Virus record (IMG/VR): IMGVR_UViG_3300044769_000018
Direction: 5' to 3' (one strand)
Origin: a virus
DNA: 44,413 bases
Below, piece after piece: positions 1-9,323 of the stretch. The notes below the pieces were generated by a model that saw nothing but the letters and a program-made list of their open reading frames with translations, searched no databases and was not told the DNA's origin. How positions within the stretch are numbered: position 1 is the stretch's first letter; each line of letters begins with the position of its first letter. The position numbers were made by a program, and so were the translations under genes.

Positions 1-127
1 GGGTCCAATAACATGATAGACTCAACAATAGGATGTAGATGACCAGCGCCCAACATAACGCCATTACGGCGAACCACAATAGTACCGAAATCCAACCTTG
101 GTTCCTGCCATTCGAAGTCTCTCTTTT
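1..127. repeat. Terminal overlap copy 1: 127 bp identical to 44287..44413 (circular closure or terminal redundancy; unit genome 44,286 bp)
   Basis: Base-by-base comparison of both window ends. Identity is exact over 127 nt and runs to the window edge. Confidence 0.97.
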
Positions 128-218
128 CGTAAATCCCCTTCATCTCAGGAATGTCGCTCGGTTGAATCCTGGCGGTACTGAGTTCTGTATCGGGAAGTTC
201 CTTCCCATTTATTCGCAT
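1..218 (-). CDS. Hypothetical protein, N-terminal part. The gene is split by contig linearisation; the full ORF is 218..1 joined to 44286..44100, 134 aa.
   Basis: Manual minus-strand translation. ATG at 216-218, with an in-frame upstream stop at 231-233, reads MRINGKELPDTELSTARIQPSDIPEMKGIYEKRDFEWQEPR. It then continues in frame into track ORF 44100..44381 through the 127-bp overlap. The track start there is an internal TTG. Confidence 0.7.
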   Translation of the reverse strand, partial: MRINGKELPDTELSTARIQPSDIPEMKGIYEKRDFEWQEPRLDFGTIVVRRNGVMLGAGHLHPIVESIMLLD

Positions 219-225
219 CACGAAC

Positions 226-312
226 TCAAATCAGATGGAAAGCTCTCAGAATGACGAGCAATACAATGACGAGAATCAGAAGCACGAGGGCTCTTTCAAC
301 AGTCATTTCCAT
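226..312 (-). CDS. Small hydrophobic single-TM peptide, 28 aa (26 aa if the ATG at 306 is used); possible holin or lysis accessory
   Basis: Below the ORF-track cutoff. The minus strand reads tAAGGAGatggaaATG...: MEMTVERALVLLILVIVLLVILRAFHLI*. The SD AAGGAG overlaps the stop of the 317..667 gene. Its own stop (226-228) lies 7 nt before the next ATG (218). Confidence 0.5.
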   Translation of the reverse strand: MEMTVERALVLLILVIVLLVILRAFHLI

Positions 313-316
313 CTCC

Positions 317-667
317 TTAGCTCGGTGTATCGATACCAGCTAACGAATTCCACAACGTCACAATCTGCGACTGCAAATCAATGTCCGCTGCGGTACATAT
401 TGAGGTTTTCGTTGCTTCATCGTAGGTTGTGCTCGCCACGATGTTCACTCCCATAACTACCTGCGGTCCCGCTTGAGCCGCAGCAAATGAAGGGCTTTGA
501 ACAACCCTCTGAGCATACTCTGCACGCTTAGAATGATATGCTATCGTACCTGCTTCGCTAAGGATAGTCCCAGCTACGAAACATAACATAGCCTGCACGC
601 GCTCCATGAATCCACCCGGACCGGTATCACGCGTTAAAGCCATTTGCTGTACTGATGTTTCTGCCAT
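317..667 (-). CDS. Hypothetical protein (116 aa), distal end of the tail module
   Basis: Track ORF with ATG start, packed between the tail fibre stop (682) and the small TM ORF. No motif recognised. Confidence 0.6.
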   Translation of the reverse strand: MAETSVQQMALTRDTGPGGFMERVQAMLCFVAGTILSEAGTIAYHSKRAEYAQRVVQSPSFAAAQAGPQVVMGVNIVASTTYDEATKTSICTAADIDLQSQIVTLWNSLAGIDTPS

Positions 668-681
668 TTTAATTTTCCAAT

Positions 682-2544
682 CTAAGGCTCTAACGCCTTG
701 ACCTTAGCGTGCAGTACCCGAACTGCCTGCCACAACATCGGAATCATTCGGTCCGAGTACATACCGAGTGACTCAGGATTTTCATCATTCACAACTTTCG
801 TGCCTAATCTGCCATCAAGTTTTTCCATCACATCTTGTGCAGAGAACATAGGAAATTTACGACCCGCTTCGTCGAGGTTAAGCGATGCAATGATAGGTTC
901 AATAGAGTCAACAATATCTAGCGCATCTGGAATAGGACCATCAACCGATTTCGCACGAATATCTGATTGGTTAATTGTTCCGTAATATGCATAAACTGAA
1001 AGCCATCTAGCTGTTGGATGTCCAGAATTAACGACTGCATCAACTTCAGGAGAAACATACGCTGCGTCAATAATCAATGCAAGTGTGCCGCCAACTATAA
1101 AATCAACGCGCGGCCTATCAGACCATGCACGCATCACTGAACGGCCAGCGCTATCATTAAATCTAGCACCATATTCTACAGTTGGATTTCCTGGATTATA
1201 ATACGCACCAGAATCAGCCCTATTTGAAAATCTAAACGATGGCGTAATGGCACTCCCATTAGGCGCTGAAACTCCAGCAACGGGAAATAGTGTACCACCT
1301 GAATCTAATGCGCATAGATTAACAGTACCGGCAAGATTGTAAAAATTATAGTAATCACCACAAAATAAAACGCCTGCACCGTTCTTAATTATTCTTAGCC
1401 CGGTGCCCGGAATTCCACCAACTGAAAGCTGAGGAGCCATTACAACACAGTCAGCTGAGGTGACATACATGAAATGTGAGGCGCCACCTACGGCAGAGAA
1501 ATAGATACTAGAACCATAAAGTTGTGAGTGTGCACCAAAATATGCATTCAGTATGCCTGTTGAGCCATACACATTTCCAGTAAGAGTTTGAAGATGATTG
1601 CCCGCGAGCTTACCAGTAGCATCTATACTAGCATATAAAGTATTAGCGGCAGACCGAAATTGATGGGCATTGGCGTCGTGAAACATAGTACCGTCAGCAA
1701 CGAATAAGGCACCATTATGAACACCAGCGGCCTGCATGAAAAGGCCCTTGCCCGAAGCCGATGTTCCATTAAAAAGAATGTAGGAAGTCGTAGACGCACC
1801 ACTGCCTACAGTTACTTGAGAATTAAACCTCCACTGCCCGGTTGTATCAACACCACCAACATTTATACCACTACGGCCAGCACTGAGTAATGGTGTGCTA
1901 GTACCCCATGCATCATCATAGAATCGAATCGAAAACGATTCAGCTGTCGCAAAAATGATGGTATTTCTTGAACCAGATACACCATCTGAATCATTGAACC
2001 AAACGGCTGGTGAATTGCTTGATACAAGTATAGAATTAACATTTGGTTGTGCAGCGAATGTCCACACAGCACTTATAATTTCGTTTGCGTTAATGTGTGC
2101 GATGTTTGCGATGTTATCAATCGAGGTTTCGATAAGTTTACCAGTAGAATTTGTGATTGGTATAATACCGGAGCCAGCAGAGATAATACCAGCAAAGTAT
2201 ACATTACCTGCTGAGCGTAAATCAGAAAGCCCTGTAATCGTTCCGCCAGTAATGGTAACAGCGTTTGAATTCTGCAACGCCATCGAACCAAGGCCGAAGT
2301 TCGACAGGAATCCATTGATATCGGTCGCGCCCGTACCACCGCCTTGAATCGACACGACCATCGTTATCCATGCGGTGCCATTCCACGCTTCAAACTTATT
2401 GAGTGAAGTATTCCAACGCTTCGCTCCAACTGGCGGGTTAATGGGCGATTCCGCCATCGTATATGAATCAACGTCACGCAACTTGAGCTGGTCAAGTACG
2501 TCAATCTTCAGGTCCGATAACTGCGGAATCGCCCAATTCGCCAT
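682..2544 (-). CDS. Tail fibre / tail spike with C-terminal S74-type intramolecular chaperone (autoproteolytic) domain
   Basis: 620 aa, rich in Gly/Ser/Thr/Asn and beta-prone. The C-terminal ~95 aa begin with NQSDIRAKS, the Ser-x-x-x-Lys dyad context SDxRxK typical of Peptidase_S74 chaperone domains. This is followed by ...MYSDRMIPMLWQAVRVLHAKVKALE. Confidence 0.8.
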   Translation of the reverse strand: MANWAIPQLSDLKIDVLDQLKLRDVDSYTMAESPINPPVGAKRWNTSLNKFEAWNGTAWITMVVSIQGGGTGATDINGFLSNFGLGSMALQNSNAVTITGGTITGLSDLRSAGNVYFAGIISAGSGIIPITNSTGKLIETSIDNIANIAHINANEIISAVWTFAAQPNVNSILVSSNSPAVWFNDSDGVSGSRNTIIFATAESFSIRFYDDAWGTSTPLLSAGRSGINVGGVDTTGQWRFNSQVTVGSGASTTSYILFNGTSASGKGLFMQAAGVHNGALFVADGTMFHDANAHQFRSAANTLYASIDATGKLAGNHLQTLTGNVYGSTGILNAYFGAHSQLYGSSIYFSAVGGASHFMYVTSADCVVMAPQLSVGGIPGTGLRIIKNGAGVLFCGDYYNFYNLAGTVNLCALDSGGTLFPVAGVSAPNGSAITPSFRFSNRADSGAYYNPGNPTVEYGARFNDSAGRSVMRAWSDRPRVDFIVGGTLALIIDAAYVSPEVDAVVNSGHPTARWLSVYAYYGTINQSDIRAKSVDGPIPDALDIVDSIEPIIASLNLDEAGRKFPMFSAQDVMEKLDGRLGTKVVNDENPESLGMYSDRMIPMLWQAVRVLHAKVKALEP

Positions 2545-2550
2545 TAGAAG

Positions 2551-4242
2551 TTACCTCAATCGTCCGATTACAAACTGTGCAGTATAACCCGGCTGTCCGC
2601 CCTGTGAACGCACGAAATTCAAATGTGCTTCTTGCGACAAATCATACTGCTGTTCTTCACTGACATTACCGGCAAAGTCAATGAAGGACATGAAACAAGC
2701 TCTTTTACACCGAGCCCGTAAGTTACCTTCGTCACCGTAGAACACACCAAAGAATCGACCGTCTCCGTTAATTCGATGGTCAAATCGTAAGGTATCTTCC
2801 GCAGTCGGTTCAAAGATTCTATCTGGTTGAGTAGTCCCAAAGTGAATCGCCGTGGGCCACGCCATGATATCCTGTGGCATCCACTGCGCAACTTTGGGAA
2901 CCTCATAGAATCCGGGCCAACGGGTAATATCCCCATCCGATTTCACACCGTCGCCGCAGAAGTAATTGAATGCCTGATTACTGTTCAAAGACTGAACAGC
3001 ACCGGCAATCATGTGATTACAATCGACGTCGCGGCCCTCGTAGCAATGGTTTGGCTTTACTGAAACTTGGTCGCCCGGTCCAGTCCACTCATCTTGGATT
3101 CCAAACTTCTTGGGTGGATGACCTTCCCATTGCACACTAAAGATGTGGCGAATCCGGTCGTGGTCCTCACCACCACGATACCCATGAATAGCAAAGAAGT
3201 CTCCGCCACACCATTCAGCAATATCGTTTTCATGTTCACTAGGCGGTGCGGTTGTGGTGCAAATAATGGTCGAGCAACATTCCTTGAATCTCTGTAAAGC
3301 ATGCTCAATCTCTTGCTTGTTATCCGCACCCGTCTGCCACGCTTCGTTTCCACCGAATACGTACGCCGCAGTGCAATGTTCCCGCTGCGCTAAGTGACGC
3401 CCTAATTCCTCAAAGAATGAACCGTGGTCCTCATTCGGCCAAAGCTCATAATCACCGAGGTTATAACCACCCTTCATTCCGTAGGTGTCTAATACATCCC
3501 CAAGCTTACCCAATTGACCCCAGAAATCTTCGGTGTATCCGGGTCCGCATTCTCTACCGGACCAATAATCACCAAGTGTTCCCAGGTTCATCCAGAAATG
3601 AATGTACGAATAACCCGCATCCCGTGCCTGCTGAATAATACGTTCAGAGTGCGATGGGTCACGGACGAATTTGGAAAACAAATCACCAACGTGAAGCCCA
3701 ATCGGAAGGATACGTGCGCCAGAGTCATCAGTAAAGCCATTTGAATCGATTCGTAACTGGCCTTGAATAACTGACTTACCCGGAACAACACCACTCTTAA
3801 AGGGTGGGTCACACGTAAACGTTTCGTATCCGCCCGGTGTCTCAGAAGGCTTATCCTCAAACATTGGCTGGTCTAGAACGACACGACCATCGTTCCATAC
3901 CTTAATGAAATAGCCCGGTCGGCACAAGGATTCAAATGAGATTTTCTTCCCATTTTCTTGGACAACGAGCTTGAACTTTTCCCACGGGCCTAAGTCCTCA
4001 CGGTTGAATGCTACGTATCCAGCCTTACCTTCATCTTCACAACATGCGAAGAATCCATGAGTAGACTTGATTCCATAGAATTCTGGTTCGTCAGACTTTT
4101 CAATCGTAAATGTTTCCCATGCACCGGCACTATCCCTATTCGCCGTCATTAAACCAGCGGGCCGCCCATCAATAGTTCCTTGTTTGGCCCCGCCGTCCTC
4201 GGCACATACGAATTTGCCGTGGTCACTTTTCAGTGTGTACAT
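2551..4242 (-). CDS. Tail-associated glycoside hydrolase (clan GH-A / GH5-like TIM barrel) with N-terminal fascin-like beta-trefoil repeats; putative polysaccharide depolymerase
   Basis: 563 aa. The N-terminus has two repeats of the pattern GxF(V/F)xAEDGG...ANR...GxWExF (YTLKSDHGKFVCAEDGG..ANRDSAGAWETFTI; STHGFFACCEDEG..FNREDLGPWEKFKL). The C-terminal domain has FGGNEAW (acid/base NE) and IQDEWTG (candidate nucleophile E). It sits directly upstream of the tail fibre gene. Confidence 0.6.
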   Translation of the reverse strand: MYTLKSDHGKFVCAEDGGAKQGTIDGRPAGLMTANRDSAGAWETFTIEKSDEPEFYGIKSTHGFFACCEDEGKAGYVAFNREDLGPWEKFKLVVQENGKKISFESLCRPGYFIKVWNDGRVVLDQPMFEDKPSETPGGYETFTCDPPFKSGVVPGKSVIQGQLRIDSNGFTDDSGARILPIGLHVGDLFSKFVRDPSHSERIIQQARDAGYSYIHFWMNLGTLGDYWSGRECGPGYTEDFWGQLGKLGDVLDTYGMKGGYNLGDYELWPNEDHGSFFEELGRHLAQREHCTAAYVFGGNEAWQTGADNKQEIEHALQRFKECCSTIICTTTAPPSEHENDIAEWCGGDFFAIHGYRGGEDHDRIRHIFSVQWEGHPPKKFGIQDEWTGPGDQVSVKPNHCYEGRDVDCNHMIAGAVQSLNSNQAFNYFCGDGVKSDGDITRWPGFYEVPKVAQWMPQDIMAWPTAIHFGTTQPDRIFEPTAEDTLRFDHRINGDGRFFGVFYGDEGNLRARCKRACFMSFIDFAGNVSEEQQYDLSQEAHLNFVRSQGGQPGYTAQFVIGRLR

Positions 4243-4417
4243 TCTCCAACTCCTTCTTGAGTTGAGCTACTTCCGCGGTTAACTCCGCGATACGCTTTTC
4301 CTTGATGATTGAATCAATCACCATGGAACCGACAACACCTTTGATATCATCAATGGTGAGTTGAGTCTGAACCGGCTCGTTCATTGCATTCATCAGAGTT
4401 TGCCTCTGGCCTTCCAT
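4223..4417 (-). CDS. Small coiled-coil protein (64 aa; alternative ATGA-coupled start at 4393 gives 56 aa)
   Basis: Track ORF. The C-terminus EKRIAELTAEVAQLKKELENV is heptad-like. It overlaps both neighbours by about 20 nt. Confidence 0.55.
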   Translation of the reverse strand: MEGQRQTLMNAMNEPVQTQLTIDDIKGVVGSMVIDSIIKEKRIAELTAEVAQLKKELENVHTEK

Positions 4418-4704
4418 GAAACGGTTCCACTCGCACGTGCGCCCGAGGTACTGAACAGAAGAATCCTGAAGCTCACGGGATTCGGAATGTCTACGAAGTC
4501 GTAGATTGCATTCTGCTCAACTGTACCCTGCGACGTTACGGTAATGGAATCCACGTCCTTAAACGGTTTGTTGAAGAAGACTTCAGTTCCACCTACGTCT
4601 GCTGCGTTAACGTTAACCTTTCCACCGTCTACGGTATGTTTGATGTCTAACCTTAATTGCAGGTTATACATCTGGTAGAGTGCTTCAGCCATTAGATAAT
4701 CCAA
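4393..4704 (-). CDS. Hypothetical virion/tail protein (103 aa)
   Basis: Track ORF in a tightly overlapping gene chain. No motif recognised. Confidence 0.6.
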   Translation of the reverse strand: MDYLMAEALYQMYNLQLRLDIKHTVDGGKVNVNAADVGGTEVFFNKPFKDVDSITVTSQGTVEQNAIYDFVDIPNPVSFRILLFSTSGARASGTVSWKARGKL

Positions 4705-5066
4705 TCATACTCAAACTGGAGGGAAAGTCCTCGTGCAGACGATACTCTCGATAGGACGATTTCAAGCATCCCGTCTACAGGAAGAACATTCCCTCCAGAT
4801 GCTAATGCTCGGAATGGCGTGGTTCCCGGAATCAAATTGGTTAATCCAGGAATTGGTGAGCCATTGATTCTAAGACTCATTGTGACTGAGCCAAAGTCAA
4901 GCGAATGCACAATGCCACTGAACGAACGAGCAACTTTTGCTTTGCTAACGATACGCATGATGCCCGTTGATGGCGTGCGTTCCCAAACTAACATCTCCGG
5001 TGTGAGCAACTTGGCGATAGTTTGCAAGTCCAACGAGCCACCGGGGGAAATAACAATGACGCCCAT
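4692..5066 (-). CDS. Hypothetical virion/tail protein (124 aa)
   Basis: Track ORF. Its start overlaps the stop of the upstream gene at 5066. Confidence 0.6.
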   Translation of the reverse strand: MGVIVISPGGSLDLQTIAKLLTPEMLVWERTPSTGIMRIVSKAKVARSFSGIVHSLDFGSVTMSLRINGSPIPGLTNLIPGTTPFRALASGGNVLPVDGMLEIVLSRVSSARGLSLQFEYDWII

Positions 5067-5359
5067 TACGCGTTGTTATAGTATGAGATGTTCAACACGG
5101 CAGGCGTCGCACCGGATTGAATGTGACGCAGCTTTGCGATATCATTCGCATCTACCTTGAACACCGCGCCAAGTGCAAACAAATGTCCAAGCTTCGTACC
5201 ATCGTTTGGATTCGTGCCGTGCAACGTAACGCGAACGGGTGCGACTTCAACAGTTACTAAAGCTTCTACAACATTCTTACCACCATAGATGCCCGAGTCT
5301 AAAGTTCCCGCTGTCGCACTAACTGTAATTGTTTGATGCCCAAAGCACTTTAATGCCAT
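5066..5359 (-). CDS. Hypothetical virion/tail protein (97 aa)
   Basis: Track ORF, beta-rich, in a coupled chain. Confidence 0.6.
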   Translation of the reverse strand: MALKCFGHQTITVSATAGTLDSGIYGGKNVVEALVTVEVAPVRVTLHGTNPNDGTKLGHLFALGAVFKVDANDIAKLRHIQSGATPAVLNISYYNNA

Positions 5360-5367
5360 GTTATCTC

Positions 5368-6486
5368 CTAGTTCAAAGCGAGGAACTCAAACCGAACCTT
5401 CACGTATCGAAACTGTGGCAGGAAAAGCGATTTCGTTTCGACAGGTGCGGTGTATGCAATTCCGTCTAACGAAGTTGAGAGAAAACACTTCACCTGCGTA
5501 AATGGAACAATCTCGTGATACGCCCACGATACGTTGCAGATGATGCCTTCTAGTATCGTACCGAAATCTGCCACGCGTTCATAGCTTCCTACTCCCGGTG
5601 AGGTAGGCTGCAACCAATACGGCAAGCCATCGTTAATCTCATCCTGCATCGTGGCGTAACCGTTATCAGCATACTGTTGCCACGTCTCGTTCAGATTTAA
5701 CGAGGCAAAAATTGAAGGTAACGTCGCATCGCGGTATACGTTAACTTTCGTACCCGTGAAGTCGTCGGTATAGATATCGTATAGTACGTAGTCTGCCGGC
5801 TGAGAGACTAATAAATCTAAGGTCGCGTCGTTTGAAACGTTACCAAAGATGTCAACCGCTCGGACTGAATACGTATACGTTCCACCCGTATCTTCAAATA
5901 GCGTGATGAACGTGCCCTGCTGCTCACCAACCTGCGTACCGTTCTTCGATACGATATAGTATTCAATTTGAAATGCTGAAGTAGGATTCGTCCACTGCAA
6001 CATCACGAAATTGTCAACAACGTATCCATCGAGGTCAACTTCGCCTAACGGCGGTATCGTAACTAACAGCGGTGTTGCTGACTCAGAGGGCGTACCATCT
6101 AATCCGAAGGCGCGAATCCAATACATATGGTCGCCAACGGCTTGACCTTCTAAGATTGCTGACAACGTTGTCGTAACAATCTGTCGTGAGCCCGTTTCCC
6201 AATCGACACCTTTACGAATCTCAAAACTAAACGCATCAGCTGAAGGACGTTCCCACTCGAATCTAATGCCTAATGGCACTAAACGATACGTGAAGATTTC
6301 AACGTTGGGAACTGTTATTTCCTCAACGATGTCTTCAATTTCAGGTCGTTCCTCAGGTTCGAATAGCTCTAATGAGACAACCTGAAACCGCTTAACGAAT
6401 TCTCTTAAGAGGTCCTTGAGAACAGGGTCTTCGAGTTGAACGGACTGAATAAGCTCAAAGAGTTGACTCTCATTAAGTTGTGTCAC
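5368..6486 (-). CDS. Tail protein with two FN3/Ig-like repeats
   Basis: 372 aa. Two ~90-aa repeats end in the FN3-style signature Y-x-[IV]-R-A-x-[GD]-x-x-G-x-x-S (MYWIRAFGLDGTPSES; YTYSVRAVDIFGNVSND). It lies in the tail module. Confidence 0.55.
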   Translation of the reverse strand: MTQLNESQLFELIQSVQLEDPVLKDLLREFVKRFQVVSLELFEPEERPEIEDIVEEITVPNVEIFTYRLVPLGIRFEWERPSADAFSFEIRKGVDWETGSRQIVTTTLSAILEGQAVGDHMYWIRAFGLDGTPSESATPLLVTIPPLGEVDLDGYVVDNFVMLQWTNPTSAFQIEYYIVSKNGTQVGEQQGTFITLFEDTGGTYTYSVRAVDIFGNVSNDATLDLLVSQPADYVLYDIYTDDFTGTKVNVYRDATLPSIFASLNLNETWQQYADNGYATMQDEINDGLPYWLQPTSPGVGSYERVADFGTILEGIICNVSWAYHEIVPFTQVKCFLSTSLDGIAYTAPVETKSLFLPQFRYVKVRFEFLALN

Positions 6487-8332
6487 TGGGACGCTCCAGC
6501 CACATCTCGGATGCGAATAGAGTTAACTCCAACAAGTTGAGCCAATCACCCGCATTCTCAAGTTCTAGTCTAACAACGCATTTCTCGTTACGCAGATTGC
6601 AAAGACGATTGTGGTACTTTCCGGGTGTCTCTGATAACGTAAGACTCCGAAGCATTGTTGGGGTCGCTTCGTCAATACCTTTGAGGGATAGAAGTAAATC
6701 CCCTTGTCCAATCGCACGCACCCTAACAGCAGTAAAATGAGTAACAGAGCCGTAATTAGCAACGCTCTGAGCGGCGTATTCGGCAATGGTATTGATGGCA
6801 TTGTCGCCGTCATTCATATCATCGTACTTGTAAGCTAAGTCTAACTTCCAGATGATACTATTTCCTGCGACGAGTACATTAACACCTTGTTCCGAGTCAA
6901 CATCGATGCCAATTGCTGTAACGGGCCAAGGGAAGGACCAATGCGACCAACGAATGTTTGCGTAGCCTAAACCGTTTTTGTAGTCTGCAACTAAGATATG
7001 ACCATCAGCAAGCAATGCGTAAATTCTAGAACCAACAACATCGTTAATCAACTGAATTTCATCGAATGAACCTTGGTCCTGCGCCTGCCACATCCTATCG
7101 ATTTTCCAAGAGAATTCAGGCTGGGAATAAATGCCATTGAACGTGAACATTCCCGTGCGCGCCGCGATAACGTATGCATCCGTGTTCGGACCAGCAGTAT
7201 CAAGTACAGTCGCCGCGCTAAAGCATTCGGTGCCGATGCCTTCGTCAATCGAAATGACACGCCAGAAGATAGCCATGTCAGGATTGACTAAATCTCGCGA
7301 GGTTGAAAAGGTGCGCTGAGACTTGAGGATATATAAAGAGTCTCTAAACTGCACACAATTCTTTACCCCACCCGCTTCATTCGGCGCTACGGTAACGTAT
7401 CCACCGACCGCATCGAATCCTTCAGGGTCGCCCTGCTTTGAAATTCTGACGACACTTGGCTCCTTAAATTCGCCCCATACAATCAGAGAATCCTGATAAA
7501 CACCGATGCCCACGCCTGCGGGGATAACATTAAGTTGGTCGAACAGGTAGTCTGCTTCGAGCACCAAATCAGCATCGTAAAAATCCACTGTAACAGTAGT
7601 AGCAGTGTTATTCGTGATGCGACCTGAAGGAACAAAGTAGAAGATATAGCCATCTTGACCTAAGTTATAATCTGCGATACGCCGAGTAGCCAATATCCTA
7701 CGCGCAACAGTACCAGTAGGACCAATAGGAATGCCAGAAATATCAACAGCATGCGAGCCATCTGCAAGCACGCTACCATAAATAGCTGGTCCCGGCTTCG
7801 TAATGTATCCAGATTCCGTCTCAAACGAGACAGCAAATAAGTGCGTGCCTTGTTCAACATGGCCAGATAACGCTGAATTGACGCACGTTATTGAACCAGC
7901 AGGCGCACTACCTCCTGCTTGCCTACAAATTGTTCCATCGTATACGTAAACCGATTCGTTCTCGATGCCTTTGTTTCTATCGTGCGGTGTGATGTAGATT
8001 CGATTGTAGTATTGTGCGGCGCTAAAATCAACCATCGATGCGATATTGAGAATCGGTACGGCTAAATCGGTTGAATCATACAGTTGCCCCGAATCATTCA
8101 ATATAAGTAAACGGGCCACTTCATCTAATCTCTTGTACGAGCAGAATCTCCGCACTCCACCGATAACCTGATGCAGTTTGATGCTGCCCGAACGGGTACG
8201 ATAACCACGCTCCGTGTACGCAATATTCTCCGCAACTGACAAATGGTCAACAGGAACGGAATCCTTTAGCTCAGACCTATCGAACAGGCCCTGAGTTTCG
8301 GCAATAACGATTGGAGCGTGGTCTCGATTCAT
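6473..8332 (-). CDS. Large tail structural protein (possible nozzle / tail tubular B-like)
   Basis: 619 aa, beta-rich, the largest ORF between the capsid genes and the fibres. Called by position and size only. Confidence 0.45.
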   Translation of the reverse strand: MNRDHAPIVIAETQGLFDRSELKDSVPVDHLSVAENIAYTERGYRTRSGSIKLHQVIGGVRRFCSYKRLDEVARLLILNDSGQLYDSTDLAVPILNIASMVDFSAAQYYNRIYITPHDRNKGIENESVYVYDGTICRQAGGSAPAGSITCVNSALSGHVEQGTHLFAVSFETESGYITKPGPAIYGSVLADGSHAVDISGIPIGPTGTVARRILATRRIADYNLGQDGYIFYFVPSGRITNNTATTVTVDFYDADLVLEADYLFDQLNVIPAGVGIGVYQDSLIVWGEFKEPSVVRISKQGDPEGFDAVGGYVTVAPNEAGGVKNCVQFRDSLYILKSQRTFSTSRDLVNPDMAIFWRVISIDEGIGTECFSAATVLDTAGPNTDAYVIAARTGMFTFNGIYSQPEFSWKIDRMWQAQDQGSFDEIQLINDVVGSRIYALLADGHILVADYKNGLGYANIRWSHWSFPWPVTAIGIDVDSEQGVNVLVAGNSIIWKLDLAYKYDDMNDGDNAINTIAEYAAQSVANYGSVTHFTAVRVRAIGQGDLLLSLKGIDEATPTMLRSLTLSETPGKYHNRLCNLRNEKCVVRLELENAGDWLNLLELTLFASEMWLERPSDTT

Positions 8333-8338
8333 CTAAGC

Positions 8339-8650
8339 TTACCTAGAGATGACGGTGAATCCAATGCTCGATGCAGCTGGGCTATTACCCGCCGCTAATT
8401 CTGTTGGTGTACCTGTAACGTTACTCCAGATACGAACCTTCTTAGAAACATCATCGTATCCTGCCGTCAAGCCTGAGGTTGACCCAAACACAATCGAATC
8501 AATCGTATTATGTCCTGCGAGCACAGCTAACAATCCGGCGCTTGATTCACCACCAGCAGTATACGCACCGCTGTAATTCATACGCCCGGTGGTGAACAAA
8601 CCTACGCCGGGCACCTTCTTCTGATTCAATACGGTAACAGTGATGACCAT
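8339..8650 (-). CDS. Hypothetical virion protein (103 aa)
   Basis: Track ORF. SD GGAGGG lies 5 nt upstream of the ATG at 8650, and the ORF overlaps the upstream gene by 25 nt. Confidence 0.6.
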   Translation of the reverse strand: MVITVTVLNQKKVPGVGLFTTGRMNYSGAYTAGGESSAGLLAVLAGHNTIDSIVFGSTSGLTAGYDDVSKKVRIWSNVTGTPTELAAGNSPAASSIGFTVISR

Positions 8651-9312
8651 CCTACCCTCCCCTTCGTTTGATAACCTCTGCGTCTTACAGAGGTGTCCTG
8701 CTGTAGCTTGACACGAATCGCTAAGAAACGATTCATCTCAAACTCCGCTTTCGTTTCCAATCTATCAGAACGGGCTCGATTCTGTCCAATATCGTCCGCT
8801 GCCTCCGCTGCTGTCTTGAGTGCGAGATATCGTTTAGCGCCTGTGATAGGTAAGTCTGTACTCGCTGAGGTAATTTGTGGCAAGCCTTTGAGATAGCGAA
8901 GTAAAATCTCGCGGTCTTGATTCGCACCGACGAATTTGATGCCTTCTCCATCCCACTCCCACACTCCTAACGTCGGTAGCATGGTGTTGTCAATGATTCC
9001 ATGCACTTCACCCATATCGCTCCACTGCATAGAACCGGGAGTACGTTCATATACAGCTTTGGGCTCAAGAAAATTAAGTGGTAACGTAGGGTTTGGGGGG
9101 ACAGCGGCAGTAGATAGAAAAATAACACCAGCAGGCAATAGGATTGCGCTTGACGTTTCCGTCATAATCGGCAATCCATTCGCCTGCATGGTGCTTTGTA
9201 ATTCTTCCCATGCTGATGTCAGAAAGGGAAGGAGCACATCGTTGGTGAATAAATCTCCACCTGCATCGTTCAGGTGAACACGCGCTCTATCCATCACTTC
9301 TGATGCTAACAT
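8626..9312 (-). CDS. Virion protein, possible head-tail adaptor
   Basis: 228 aa, helical N- and C-terminal regions, positioned between head and tail genes. Called by synteny only. Confidence 0.4.
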   Translation of the reverse strand: MLASEVMDRARVHLNDAGGDLFTNDVLLPFLTSAWEELQSTMQANGLPIMTETSSAILLPAGVIFLSTAAVPPNPTLPLNFLEPKAVYERTPGSMQWSDMGEVHGIIDNTMLPTLGVWEWDGEGIKFVGANQDREILLRYLKGLPQITSASTDLPITGAKRYLALKTAAEAADDIGQNRARSDRLETKAEFEMNRFLAIRVKLQQDTSVRRRGYQTKGRVGWSSLLPY

Positions 9313-9323
9313 GAGTTTATCCC

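Noticed and set aside
1-127. Genuine T7-style direct terminal repeats
   Set aside because: The repeat lies inside a coding sequence, its length equals a standard assembler k-mer, and the split gene is intact only after circular joining.
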